Assembly (NCBI GenBank): GCA_051313645.2
Contig: JBNRSN020000011.1
Location: 119,660,001-119,724,000, forward strand
Reading direction: 5' to 3'
From: Centroscyllium fabricii
Taxonomy: Eukaryota
DNA length: 64,000 nucleotides
How positions within the stretch are numbered: position 1 is the stretch's first letter; each line of letters opens with the position of its first letter. The notes beneath the pieces are model-generated. The model made no database searches. It had not been told where the DNA came from and saw nothing but the letters and a program-made list of their open reading frames with translations. Positions 1-11,449 of this stretch are shown piece after piece. The position numbers and the translations under genes are program-made.

Positions 1-353
1 TGCCCATTTGTGGAAACAATCTTTCGATATTCACCCATTCAAAACCTTTGATAATTTCAATAACATCAAAAAATTCTCCTCGAACCACTCTGTTCTAATG
101 ATAAAAGCAACTTTTCAAGACTTTCTTTCTTTAGGATGATAACCAGATAACAATGAATAAAAAGTCACTGTACCTTTAGGAATACTAGAAGGAACCTCGG
201 GGGTGGAAGTGCTGCAACTGGCCACGGAACAATAACAAAAAAATCAGCCAGTTTCCCGTTCCTGATCACTATCCAGTGCTCCCCACTGAGAACAAGATAA
301 CGTTTGGCTATGATTCTCTTCATGGTTGAATGACCTGCTGACACCCACCGCAC

Positions 354-755
354 GGGCGGCACGGTGGCATAGTGGTTAGCACTGTTGCCTCACAGCACTG
401 GAGACCTGGGTTCAAATCCAGCCTCGGGTACTGTCTGTGTGGAGTTTGCACATTCTCCCCGTGTCTGCGTGGGTTTCCTCCGGGTGCTCCGGTTTCCTCC
501 CACAGTCCAAAGATGTGCGGGTTAGGTTGATTGGCCAGGATAAATTGACCCTTAGTGTTAGGGGGATTAAATGTGTGGGGTTGCGGGATAGGGTGGGATA
601 TGTGTCGGTGCAGGCTCGATAGGGATCGAGGGATATGGGGAGAGGGCAGGGGTGGGGTACTGGGTCTGGATGATCAGCCATGATCTCATTGAATGGCGGA
701 GCAGGCCCGAAGGGCCGAATGGCCTACTCCTGCTCCTATCTTCTATGTTTCTATG
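354..755 (+). mobile_element. HE1-type V-SINE (tRNA-derived head, V domain, CR1-derived tail)
   Basis: Head with A-box/B-box-like TGGCATAGTGG and GGTTCAAATCC; V-domain GTGGAGTTTGCACATTCTCCCCGTGTCTGCGTGGGTTTCCTCCGGGTGCTCCGGTTTCCTCCCAC; tail GATCAGCCATGATCTCATTGAATGGCGGAGCAGG...TTCTATG shared with CR1 3' ends in the window. Confidence 0.9.
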
Positions 756-833
756 CAAAGGCTTACAGACGAATGTGGCCATGTGAGTAAAAGATCTGCC
801 ACTACCCATGTGTGATACAGTGTCCACTGTGGC

Positions 834-1245
834 TCTGAGTCAGAAGGTTAGGGGTTCCAGTCCCACTCCAGAGACTTGAGCACAAAAATCTGAGGAAGTG
901 CTGCCCTGTCAGAGGTGCCGCCTTTCAGATGAGACATTAAACCAAGGCCCTGTCTGCTCTCTCAGGAGGACGTAGGAGGTCCTATGGCACTATTCCGAAG
1001 AAGAGCAGGGGAGTTATCCCCGGAGTCCTGGCCAATAATTATCCTTCAATCAACATCACTAAAAACAGATTCTTGTCATTATCACATTGCTGTTGGTGGG
1101 AGCTTGCTGTTTGCAAATTGGCTGCTGCGTTTCCCACATTACAACAGTGACTACACTCCAAAAAGTACTTAATTGACTGTCAAGCATTTTGGGTGACCTG
1201 TGGTCGTGAAAAGCACTATATAAACACAAGCCTTTCTTTTCTTTC
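834..1245 (+). mobile_element. Deu-domain SINE (SacSINE1/AmnSINE-like), degraded
   Basis: Core GGTGCCGCCTTTCAGATGAGACATTAAACC...GGCACTATTCCGAAGAAGAGCAGGGGAGTTATCCC resembles the DeuSINE domain; ends in GCACTATATAAA plus a TTTC tail. Confidence 0.75.
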
Positions 1246-2294
1246 ACGGAACCACACCTCAGCAGTGTCACCAGCTCCGTGAGAAGAGGAAGAAAATTGG
1301 GGGGCCCTCTGCTACACGCAAGGCACTTGTTTCTAAATTAACTGTTGAAAATTAACCTCGGCTTTGGAGATAACTTCAAATCCTTTTCTAAGGTGTTTTG
1401 AATTGTATTTTCTACAGTGATCTAAGCACACAGCGCTGGACAGTCTTTGAAATCTGACTAATCCAGTGTTGACAACATTTGTCAGCTTTTTAAAAATTGT
1501 AGTCCTTATTTTAATTAATGATTTAAGTGATGTGAAGGCAGAAGATCATTAAGGTCCTCGGGATCAGAGAAGGTCTCAATAAATATAAGTTAGCTGCACT
1601 GTAAATTGTGGGTCCCTTCTGCTATTCAATATGACTTTTCCATTGCTGAATACAATAAATAATAGTGTTGCATTACTGCTACTACATTGATCAACTGTCA
1701 ATTATGGCATGGTTTTTAGTGTCTGATACTGAGCTTTATAAAATATCTACTTATTGAGGATGGCACATTTTAATCTTTGTGGATTTTCCTTATATTTTAT
1801 GTGAACAATGGCTTGCTAATAGCCTCATGGTGCAATCAATCATGTACTCATCATACTCATTATTCAGTCATCGTTAATATTGTGGCTGCCCCTTGTACAA
1901 CTGCTATGGACGCGGGGGGGTGGGGGGCGCGGGGGGAGCAGGTTCCTACTTGACACAATGATCCGGGCCGGTGCTATAATGAGGTGAGATCCCAGTGGGA
2001 TTGGAGGGAAACCTGAAGCATCATCAAAGAAGGGAAGCATTATTTGCATAGTCACTCTCAGCAAACGTACTATAATTTATGTTGTATTTCTTAAAAATAA
2101 CAGCAATATTACTGACGGCAAAGGTAACCACATGTGCGAAAGTCACTTCTTCATTTTTAATTCATGCTTTTTGATGGATGATTTTTTTTCCATTGCTCAA
2201 AAGGTGAGGGACATTCTGGGAAACCAAACCCTTTTCCACTTTTGTCCCTCAGTGTAATCTTCAATCACTCCCGGGACAGACAGGAAGGGACAAA

Positions 2295-3002
2295 GGGGGG
2301 GAAATTGGTCAGCCCACGTTTTGTGGCGCTGACCTGGGCGATACGCTATTTTTAGCGCCAGCGATGAGCTGATGCTAAAAATGGCGATATTGGCCGCATC
2401 GCCCATTACGGGTGGACGGGAGCAGAATCGGGCAGGCCGCCTCGCTCTTAGTGCAAGGTGGCCGAATATCGGGGCTCGGTCGCCGCGCTGCGCGACTGAG
2501 GCCACAGCGGCGGCCCGTGGAACGGCAGGTCTTCCTCCCCCATTAAAGGGGAGGGGCCTAGTGTGGCTGCGGCCAGAACCCCGCGGGACCGCGGAGGGAT
2601 CAGGAGCCGGAGAACGAGCCCAGCACTGGAGGGAGGCCGAGGGGGAAGGTGCTGGCGGTCAGCCAGCAATAAAAGTGGCTGACCGCCGCACTTCCCTTTA
2701 AGCAGCGCTCGAGCGCTGCTGTTAGGGCTGCAGGAAGCTGGCGCAGGCAGTGCCCAGTGGCAAAATGGCGGGCACTGCCCAATTTCAGCTGCGGGCTCCT
2801 TCCAGGCGCTGTGCGGCCTGATGATGTAATTCCCGATGTCCAGCTGGGCGCTAAATTCATTGGGACGCTACCAGTTAGCCCCCAACTTAGCGCCCAGCTG
2901 AATTTAGCACTGGGTGCTATTTTTAGCACTAATTCAGCGCCGCCCGATTAACGCACATAGTGGGCGCTAACGGGCTGGTGCTAGAGCACCAATTGAGCCC
3001 CC
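2295..3002. mobile_element. Non-autonomous Harbinger-like MITE, copy 1
   Basis: Imperfect TIRs GGGGGGGAAATTGGT / ACCAATTGAGCCCCC; AAA on both flanks; GC-rich with many GGCGCTA/TAGCGCC motifs; related copies at 52956-53723 and 32336-32960. Confidence 0.75.
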
Positions 3003-3230
3003 AAAGTGTTTAACAGTAATAGTGCACCAGTGAATAAGGTGAAAGCAGGGAATAATGGTATAAAATTAAAATTAAAGCCTCTTTACCTTAATGCACGAAG
3101 CATGTGTAACTAGATAGATGAATTAGTGGCACAAATAGAGATAAATGGTTTTGATCTAATAGCCAATACAGAGACGTGGTTACAAGGTGAACAAGATTGG
3201 GAACTAAATATCCCAGGATACTTGATGTTT

Positions 3231-4383
3231 TGTATCCTGAAGGGATAATTACTAGTCCTAGCTTCTTTAGGGCTACTCCGGATCAGGCGTATTCCACAGA
3301 CATTCACTTTCAACTAAAGTTTGAGGTAGCCGAATCCTAAAGATGCTTAATTGGGTGTAAAGGTCTGAACTATCTCTCCCTAAAGGAAAGGAACAACCTG
3401 AAAATGTTACCACCCTCCAGGTAGCACTTTTAATAAGTGTAGCTAGACTGTAACATTCTGGATATTATGAGTGTCTGGAAAATTCCCCCAGAATTCTGCA
3501 ACTCCTCACCAAAGAATGTACAGAGATTGAGTTTGCGAGTTTGATACAGAAGTATTATGTGAGACAATTCCAAAAATATATAGATTTATTAATGAACCAA
3601 CATATAATTTACAGTTGGTGAGTCAATTGCAACATTAACAGTTCCAAAAAGAGAAAGCTTACAATTCTATTATCAGAGAACCTACTCTCAAACCTTAACT
3701 TTGCTACAGTTTTACAGTTCTTAATTTTCTACAGGATAGCCACCAAAATCAAATACAGTACCTTTGATCTCTGAGGTGCAAAGAGTTGGAGACCTATAGA
3801 GCTGCCTCTGAAGTTGAGAATCGCTTTGCCCCTTTAAAGCTAGTCTACTATCCCATTTGAGAGTTCAATATTTATACCCTTTACCAGTGGTATTTCCTTT
3901 AAGGTTTTCTGCTGATGTAAGCTAATTATCTCTAGTCATTGTTCTGCTGACCCCAACAATTCTTACAGTCACCTCAGCTGGTAACAATACAGAACCATGT
4001 TTCTCCTCTAGGTGTTCTAAGTTTATCATAAAAAATGGTGTAACAGCAGGTGCGTTTTACTTGGTATAATTTTTACGAAGGCAGATGTTTGTTACTTTTA
4101 TGTGCTTCTTTACGAGGTGTAAATTAGAACACCTTGTACAGGGTGAACTATTGTCTTGTTCCCAAAGATTCAGACTGTCAAGGGCCTTTAACCTTCTGTT
4201 TCAATAAGGTTATTGATTCAGTGTCAACAACTATCTAATCTCAATGACCAGAATGCTATCACAGCTTTTTCATAGTTTGGTTTCTTGATTTCCAGACCCA
4301 GTTTGTCATGTTGTAATAAAACCAGACTTCTTTCATAGAATGGTTTATTTTTCTGAATAGGGCATATGATTTATTCCTTCACA
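3231..4383 (-). mobile_element. Probable long solo LTR inserted in the CR1 endonuclease region
   Basis: TG...CA ends; interrupts the CR1 frame between IPGYLMF and RQNG; minus-strand TATAAA near 3875 and AATAAA near 3588; no clear TSD. Confidence 0.55.
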
Positions 4384-5349
4384 AGGCAGAATGGAACAGG
4401 GGGTAGCCCTGATAATAAAGAATGACATAAGGACAGTAGTGAGAAAGGATCTTGGCTCAGAAGATCAGGAAGTAGAATCAGTATGGGTGGAGATAAGAAA
4501 TAACAAGGAGCAGAAAACACTGGTGGGAGAGCACCTAACAGTAGTTATATCATTGGACAGCATATTAATCAACAAATAATAGGAGCATATAACAAAGGTA
4601 ATGCAATAATTGTGGGAGATTTTAATCTTCATATAGACTGGGCAAATCAAATTGGCAAAGGTAGTCTGGAGGACGAGTTCACGGAATGCATTCGAGATAG
4701 TTTCTTAGAAAAATACATTGTAAAACCAACCAGGAAACAGGCTAGTTTATATCTTGTATTGTGTACTAAGATAAGGTTAATTAGTAATCTCATAGTAAAG
4801 TATCCTCTGGGGAATAAAGATCATCAAATGATAGAATTTCATGTTGAGTTTGAGAATGACAAACTTAAGTCCAAACCTAGAGACTTAAACTTAAATAAAA
4901 CCAATTACTTAGGTATGAGGTGGCGAGTTGGCTAAGGTATATTGGGAAATTAGGTTAAAAGGTAACAGTAGATAGGCAATGGCAAACATTTAAAGAAATA
5001 TTCCAAAATTCTCAATGAATATACATTTCATTGAAACATAAAATCTCCATGAAAAAAGTGACCATAGAAACATAGAAGATAGGAGCAGGAGTAGGCCATT
5101 CAGCCCCTTGAGCCATCCATGGCAAGTTAAAGGAATTTAGTATTAGATTTAAAGAAGAGGCATAATTTTGCTAAGAATAGCAGTAAGCCTGAGTATTGAG
5201 AGAGCTTTAGAAACCAGCAAAGGATGACCAAAAGCATTGATCAAAAGGGGGAAAGTAGAATATGAGAGTAAACTAGCAAGAAATATAAAAACAACTTATT
5301 AAGAACTTTTACAAGAATGTAAAAAGGAAGAGAGTAGCAAAGGTAACTG

Positions 5350-6315
5350 TGGTGCCAGGACAGCAACCTCTTCCTGAGTTTTTTTATCTGGTTTTTCGCC
5401 TCTCCCAGGTGATCACATGGGTTTGGGTGGGGTGGAGAGTTAAAATAAAATTGAGGTTAGGATCAGATCAGCCATGATCTTGTTGAATGGCGGAGCAGGC
5501 TCGAGGGGCCGATTGGCCTACTCCTGCTCCTATTTCTTATGTTCTTATGTTCTTATGTTCTGAACGTCAGCAAGACTAAGGAGCTGATAGTAGACTTTGC
5601 GAGGAAGCAGGAGAGGTACTATAACTCTCTCAAGATCGATGGGACCCCAGTAGAGAGGGAGAGTAATTTCAGATACCTCAGGGTCCATCTTTCAGATGAC
5701 CTGACATGGACCCTTCATATAGACACCTTGGAGAAGAAGGCATGGCAGCATCTTTACCATCTCAGAAGCCTGAGGAAATTTAGAATGTCCCCCCAAATAC
5801 TAAACAACTTTTATAAATGCACTATTGAGAGTATCCTGTCAGGGAGCATCACCTCCTGGTATGGCAACAGCATTAAACAAGACTGTAGGGCCCTGCAGAG
5901 GGTAGTATGGTCGGCAGAACTTACCACCGGGGGTGCACTCCCTAACCTGCAGGATATCTACACCAGGCGGTGCATGACTAAGGCTAAAAAGATCATTAAG
6001 GATCCTAGTCACCCGAACAACGGCCTCTTCTCACTGCTGCAGTCAGGAAAATGCTACCGCAGCATTAAGACAAACACAGAGAGGCTTAGGAGGAGCTTTT
6101 ACCCCCAAGCCATCCGGATCCTAAATGAAGATACTGCCAAGGGTCGGCATACTGATGATTGAATGCCTTTTCTTCTTATAATTATTAATTTATTATTTGT
6201 ATTCAGTGTTATCCAGAGAGCACAGACATGGAGCTTGCAACTAAGCATTTCACTGCACTTTGTACATGTATAATGAAATATGTGACAAATAAAGTAAACT
6301 TGAAACTTGAACTTG
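5350..6315 (+). mobile_element. Rex1/Babar-type LINE 3' fragment (RT C-terminus and tail), itself interrupted by a CR1/SINE tail at about 5378-5558
   Basis: WCQDSNLFL..NVSKTKELIVDF, YKCTIESILSGSITSWYG, DPSHP, RRSFYPQAIRILN (ORF 5539-6162); AATAAA then AACTTG-repeat tail. Confidence 0.88.
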
Positions 6316-6735
6316 TTGGTCCCTTTGTAGGTGGTTTGCTTTCGTGGTTCGAATCACCCCTCCTACTTAGTTCTATATGACAGGAATTACGGTGAACAGG
6401 ATTGGGACACAGACAAGCTTTTCAGAGTCAACCGTATGGTGTTTAATAAGGTTAACACACACACCCGCCTCCAGTACATAAAATACCTGGTGGCGTAAAA
6501 CAAACAGTACAACAATACAACTTGGTCTGTTGAGCAGGCACCTGTCTTGTATTAAGACACCTAAAATCACACTGTGTTGCATACAGAGTATAAAATACAC
6601 ACAGAACCTCCCCATGAAACCACTCTGGGTTGGTTGGGACACGCAATACCCACCCACAGGGGGGAATTTTCGTGTCCCCGGCGGGCGAGGTTTTGGGCGG
6701 GCGGGAGATGAAAATTAGACATTTTTGGTTCCCAC

Positions 6736-8451
6736 TGTAAGGTCGCAATATTCCAAGGTTAAAACGGATTCACAAAGACCAGAAACAGATGGATGGAGTA
6801 AACATATTTTATTGAACAGTGGCAGAAAAAGACAAGCTGCGACTTGATCAGAGAAAAGGGGCCTCACACGATGGCCACCGGACCACATGACATAACGGCC
6901 AGAGCCGAAACAAAACTAAAACTGAATTCTAGAAAGCCCGCGAAAAAGCCCAGACATAGAGGCGCTGTAAGCCAGTGTGCGATTGGAAATAAATAACCAG
7001 CCCCTTAGAACCGCTTAGCCCAACAAAGAAATGCACCCAGTTAAATAAGCACCAAATATAACTGCAAATATAAACTAACTGGCCCGTTTAGCCAGGTACA
7101 AGAAATTGTACAGCAATCAAGCATTAAAGCGATTAGCACCCTTTGAAAACAATGGAGCTCTAAACAGGAGAGGTTAGGGCCGCCATCAAAGCATTACCAG
7201 CAGGTTTGGCTGGACAAAAGGATGCAGTAACCGTTTTTAAAGACAATACCTGCCATAATTGGAAAGACATTAGCTTCATAGTATAACTGGCAGAACATTG
7301 TACAATTCGATCTCTTCTCTTCTCTCTCTCTTCATCTCTGACTCTCTGGAAGAGGGGGTCTCTCTTGGAAAAAGCTCTCTGATGACTTAGGACTCGTGGA
7401 GGCGACCTCTTGAAGCGGTGAGGTCTCTCTTATTCTCTCGACTTTTAGCCCTTGGAAAGGGCTAGCGTTTGGCTCTGAAGAATCTCTAGCAGTAACTTTG
7501 GGTGGGCTCTCCTTTTCGAAGACTCCAGTTCAGCTTTCTGGGTGCAGGGCAAGCAGGGTGCAGGTTCTGGCAGGACAGTAGAGCTGGGTCAGGGCTGTAT
7601 CGCATCGGAAAACCATTGCTGGTGAGGTAGTTGGTTGTTGGGCCCCATTAGTAGAGCATCTTGTTGAACACTGAGAATAAGCTGGCGTCGGAAGAGTGGG
7701 AAAGCAAGTAGGCTAGCAGCCCGTTACAGTTCGGCTTGAGAGGGCAGGATCGGCATACCCCAGGGTCCGGTTCAGCCAGGGAGACGGTGCGGTTGGTGCG
7801 AGGAGGTAGAGCAGCCTCGAGGAACCCGTCCGGGACCAGCCCGAGCAGAAGCAGCCACCGCCAAGAGGGAGAAGACAACAAGTGGGCTCCCGAATCTTCC
7901 ACAGCCACGTGACGACCGACGCTGCAGCCGAAGGGACGAAGGACTTTGTAGCAGACCCCGAGTTTGACCGAGTGGTGAGCATGTGCCCCGATCCTACACA
8001 CCTGGACATAGCTAGGCAATAGAGGGGAGGGTGGCTTATTTGGGCGAATTTATAGAGTCATTGCCCCGATTTACGATGTGCCGTGCGTTCCCCATCCTAT
8101 AAGTTACCTGTGTATGTTTATATATATATAAATATATATTTGGGAAACGACTGTTTGCGTATCATACTGTGTTGGTTTTATGAAGGACAATCTAACTGCT
8201 GTATATATATCTTTTGCTGTAATAAAATCATCCAACTTTGCAACTTTTATTCGAGTCCAAGTCTGAGTCCAATCTGTATCCATCTCGTCTCTCTCTTCCT
8301 GCACCTAAGTCCAGCGTCTAGAACCGTAAGGGCGAGCGATTCGAACCGCTCACGGGGGAGGAGGTTATTGCGCGAGGCCTAGCGGACTGCTAGAGCAAGG
8401 CAGTAACGGACCCCAAGTCGTAAATAAAATATACGGCGCACGCCCCTTACA
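6736..8451. mobile_element. 1.7-kb LTR-like insertion inside the Harbinger left subterminal region
   Basis: TGTAAGG...CCTTACA inverted ends; near-TSD CCAC/CCGC; no recognisable coding domain. Confidence 0.65.
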
Positions 8452-8912
8452 CCGCCAAAGCCCGCCCATTTCCCGCCGGTTTCTAATTTACGTCCCGATT
8501 TGTTTGCCGCCCCGAATCCATCCCGCCAGTGCCCGGCGGGGATGCTTGCTCAGGTCGTTAAGGGCCCTTAATTGGCATCAGTAATGCCATTTTAAGGGCC
8601 CATCGCCATTTTCATGCGTTTCACGCACAAATCCCGCCAAGATAAACCCCGTCAGGTGAAACCCTTCTGTGAACTCCATGGGACTGCTGAGTATCTGTGT
8701 CTGGTCACTCAATGAAGGCTCACATTTAATCAGCCATCATTCACTTGCCCAAACACATTGTTGTCTCAGTCCTGTGGATATTAGCAACAGCCTTCAGCAC
8801 ACCTGTGGAAGGTTGAATCCTCAAACACTTCTGCAGTGTGACCTGGGAAAGCCCTCTCACTTCCCCCCCTCCCTCACTCAGTGCTTCCTCAGCCGAGGCT
8901 GCCAGCACAGCC

Positions 8913-10199
8913 ATGGGAGCCGTTTTCTTCCTTCCCTTCTTGGGATTGCATGATCTCTACCAGGAGCAGATGCGGCTACAGCAGCAACAGCACCAGCCAC
9001 ACCAGGAGCCTGACGCTCCTGCAGACCCTCCGGGGGCAGCATGGGCCAGAAGGCATCGGCGCATCCAAGGCCGTCACTGCAGAAGATACCCCCCAAACAG
9101 GGTTTACAGAGTCCGAGCCACCTACCTCAACATGAGTGAGCGGCGGTGCCAAAGGCGACTCCGACTTTCCCGACAGGCAGTCACAGACATCTGCGCCATG
9201 CTGCAGCAAGAGCTGGAGCCCAGGACACCATGTAGACATGCCTTACCAGTGGCCCTCAAAGTCACCACCGCACTCAACTTCTTTGCCTCGGGCTCATTCC
9301 AGGGATCAGCAGCCGACATCAGCGGAATCTCCCAGTCGGCCGCACACTCCTGCATCACCCAGGTAACCGATGCCCTTTTTGCCCGCGCCCACAATTTCAT
9401 CCATTTTACCACGGATCGCGCAAGTGTGAGGGCCCGAGCGATTGGAATGGCTCATCTGGCAGGTTTCCCAAGGGTACAGGGCATCATTCACTGCACACAT
9501 GTGGCCCTTAGGGCACCCAATGACAACCCAGTAGCTTTTCTCAACCGCAAGGGCTTCCATTCACTCAATGTTCAACTGGTGTGTGACCACAACAAGGAGA
9601 GTTTGCATGTGTGTGCCAGGTACCCTGGCAGCTGCCATGACTCCTATGTCCTGCGCCAATCAACCTTGCCTATGCTCTTCACACCGCCGGACCAGCTTCC
9701 GGGGTGGCTACTTGGAGACAAGGGCTATCCCCTCAGGACCTGGCTCATGACGCCGGTCAGGAGGCCAGCCAATGAGGCTGAGGAGAACTACAACTCCAGA
9801 CACATCTCCACCAGAAGCATTATAGAGCACACCATAGGCTTGCTCAAGATGCGTTTCAGATGTTTGGACAGATCAGGTGGAGCCCTGCAATACACCCCAG
9901 CCAGGGTCTCCAGAATGGTAATGGTATGCTGTCAACTTCACAACATGGCCCAGCGCCGTGGCTTGCAACCTCCTGACCAAGACCTGCCTCCTCGCATACC
10001 GTCCTCAGATGAGGAGGAGGAGGAAGAGGAAGACGAAGAGGAGGAGGAGGAGGAGGAGGAAGAGGAGGAAGAAGAGGAGGAGGTAGAGGAGGAGGAGGAC
10101 GGGGTTGCTGGCGCTCGACCCCAGCCAGCGCCACCATTACGCGAGAACGTTGCTGCCCGGCAAGCAAGGATGGAGCTCATTCTTGCTAGATTTTCTTAG
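8913..10199 (+). CDS. Harbinger DDE transposase (HARBI1-like); first catalytic Asp replaced by His; poly-Glu tail
   Basis: Open frame with [68 protein letters not shown]; first ATG at 8913. Confidence 0.93.
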   Translation: MGAVFFLPFLGLHDLYQEQMRLQQQQHQPHQEPDAPADPPGAAWARRHRRIQGRHCRRYPPNRVYRVRATYLNMSERRCQRRLRLSRQAVTDICAMLQQELEPRTPCRHALPVALKVTTALNFFASGSFQGSAADISGISQSAAHSCITQVTDALFARAHNFIHFTTDRASVRARAIGMAHLAGFPRVQGIIHCTHVALRAPNDNPVAFLNRKGFHSLNVQLVCDHNKESLHVCARYPGSCHDSYVLRQSTLPMLFTPPDQLPGWLLGDKGYPLRTWLMTPVRRPANEAEENYNSRHISTRSIIEHTIGLLKMRFRCLDRSGGALQYTPARVSRMVMVCCQLHNMAQRRGLQPPDQDLPPRIPSSDEEEEEEEDEEEEEEEEEEEEEEEEVEEEEDGVAGARPQPAPPLRENVAARQARMELILARFS

Positions 10200-11449
10200 A
10201 CTACTCAAGCCAGCTTGTGTTACTCTTCTCATCCTAACAGCGCATCCTCAATGACACACTCCAATCAGTTCCACTGCTCATACCTGCATGGGCCCACTAC
10301 TGTAACGACATCTGTGGCGGGGTGGGGGGGGGGCGTTGGGAGAGTGTGATTCGGTTGCTGCCAAGTGCCTGTGAAGGCTTTCTGCGCTCGCGCATCCAGC
10401 CACGCCCCGACGCACCACACATTTATTTGATGAACATGGTCCCACACAAACATCCATCCATCACATGCAATAATGAACACAGAAACATTCAAGGTTGCAA
10501 CTGCAACATGCTGTTTAGTAAAGACATTAAGCAAGCATGGCCACATGCATGGTTGTTCAACTGATGACCAGCACTTATGAATCACTGCATTAATGATGTC
10601 CCAGGCATCTCAGCTGCAGACATGCAGGTTGAAACAGTCAAAATGTCATTATCAGCAATGCTGCACCTCAGCCAGTCCACTTTGGAGCTTGCAGCTTCAT
10701 ATCCATTGTCAATCATGTTCCCCCCTCTCACGAGCTGCCCCTCCCTTTTCAAGAGTGACACATAATGACAAACCAGGGCAGCGCACCCGCACATGAGGCA
10801 GCAGCAGTGGAGGGCGGTGAGGGTCAATGTCTGGTGGTTCTTCACCCACCTGATCTTGTTTGATGTGTCAGTGCTGAGGCATGCTGGCACCATGGCTCCT
10901 TGGCCATTACATCAGGGTCAGGTGCTGTGAGGGGCCATTTGAAGCCAGATGATTTTGGATGCGTGGGTACTTTGGACAGTTGGCGCTTCTTTTCTTTGCC
11001 CACCTCCATCCTTTTCAGGTTTTGTTCCTGTAAAGGTTCAGCACTGAGGCGTGTTTGCTGCTGTAGCAAAAACATCAGGTGGCTTGTTCAGTTAACCAGG
11101 TAATCCTTTGGACCACACATCGGTCATACAGTCCGTCTGTTCGCTGATGTGCATCACCATGAGGGTAGGCCGGTTTCAAGGACCTTCACTGCTAACCATT
11201 CAGCTGCAGTGTGCTGTGGAACCTCATTCGTCCTGCTGTAAGTCCTTCTGCCATGTTGCGTCAGCATCGTTGCATATCTGTGAAGCCCGCCTGATTGCTG
11301 CCCAGCCTGCATAAGGTTTCAATGTGGAAGGGCCATTCGCAAGATGTCAGACATGACAACTGCATCAGGTGGCACCTCAGTGGTCTGCTGTGTGACCACT
11401 GATTTTGGAGACCTAACTTACCGTAACAACCAAGTGACTCCCGTTGTGC

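Noticed and set aside
354-430. tRNA gene
   Set aside because: It is the tRNA-derived head of a SINE and continues into the V domain and CR1 tail
9856-10180. Poly-Ser and poly-Pro ORFs on the minus strand
   Set aside because: Antisense readings of the GAG/GAA poly-Glu tract
8913-10199. Domesticated HARBI1 gene
   Set aside because: Lies between perfect TIRs with a TSD, nested in other TEs, with paralogous copies nearby
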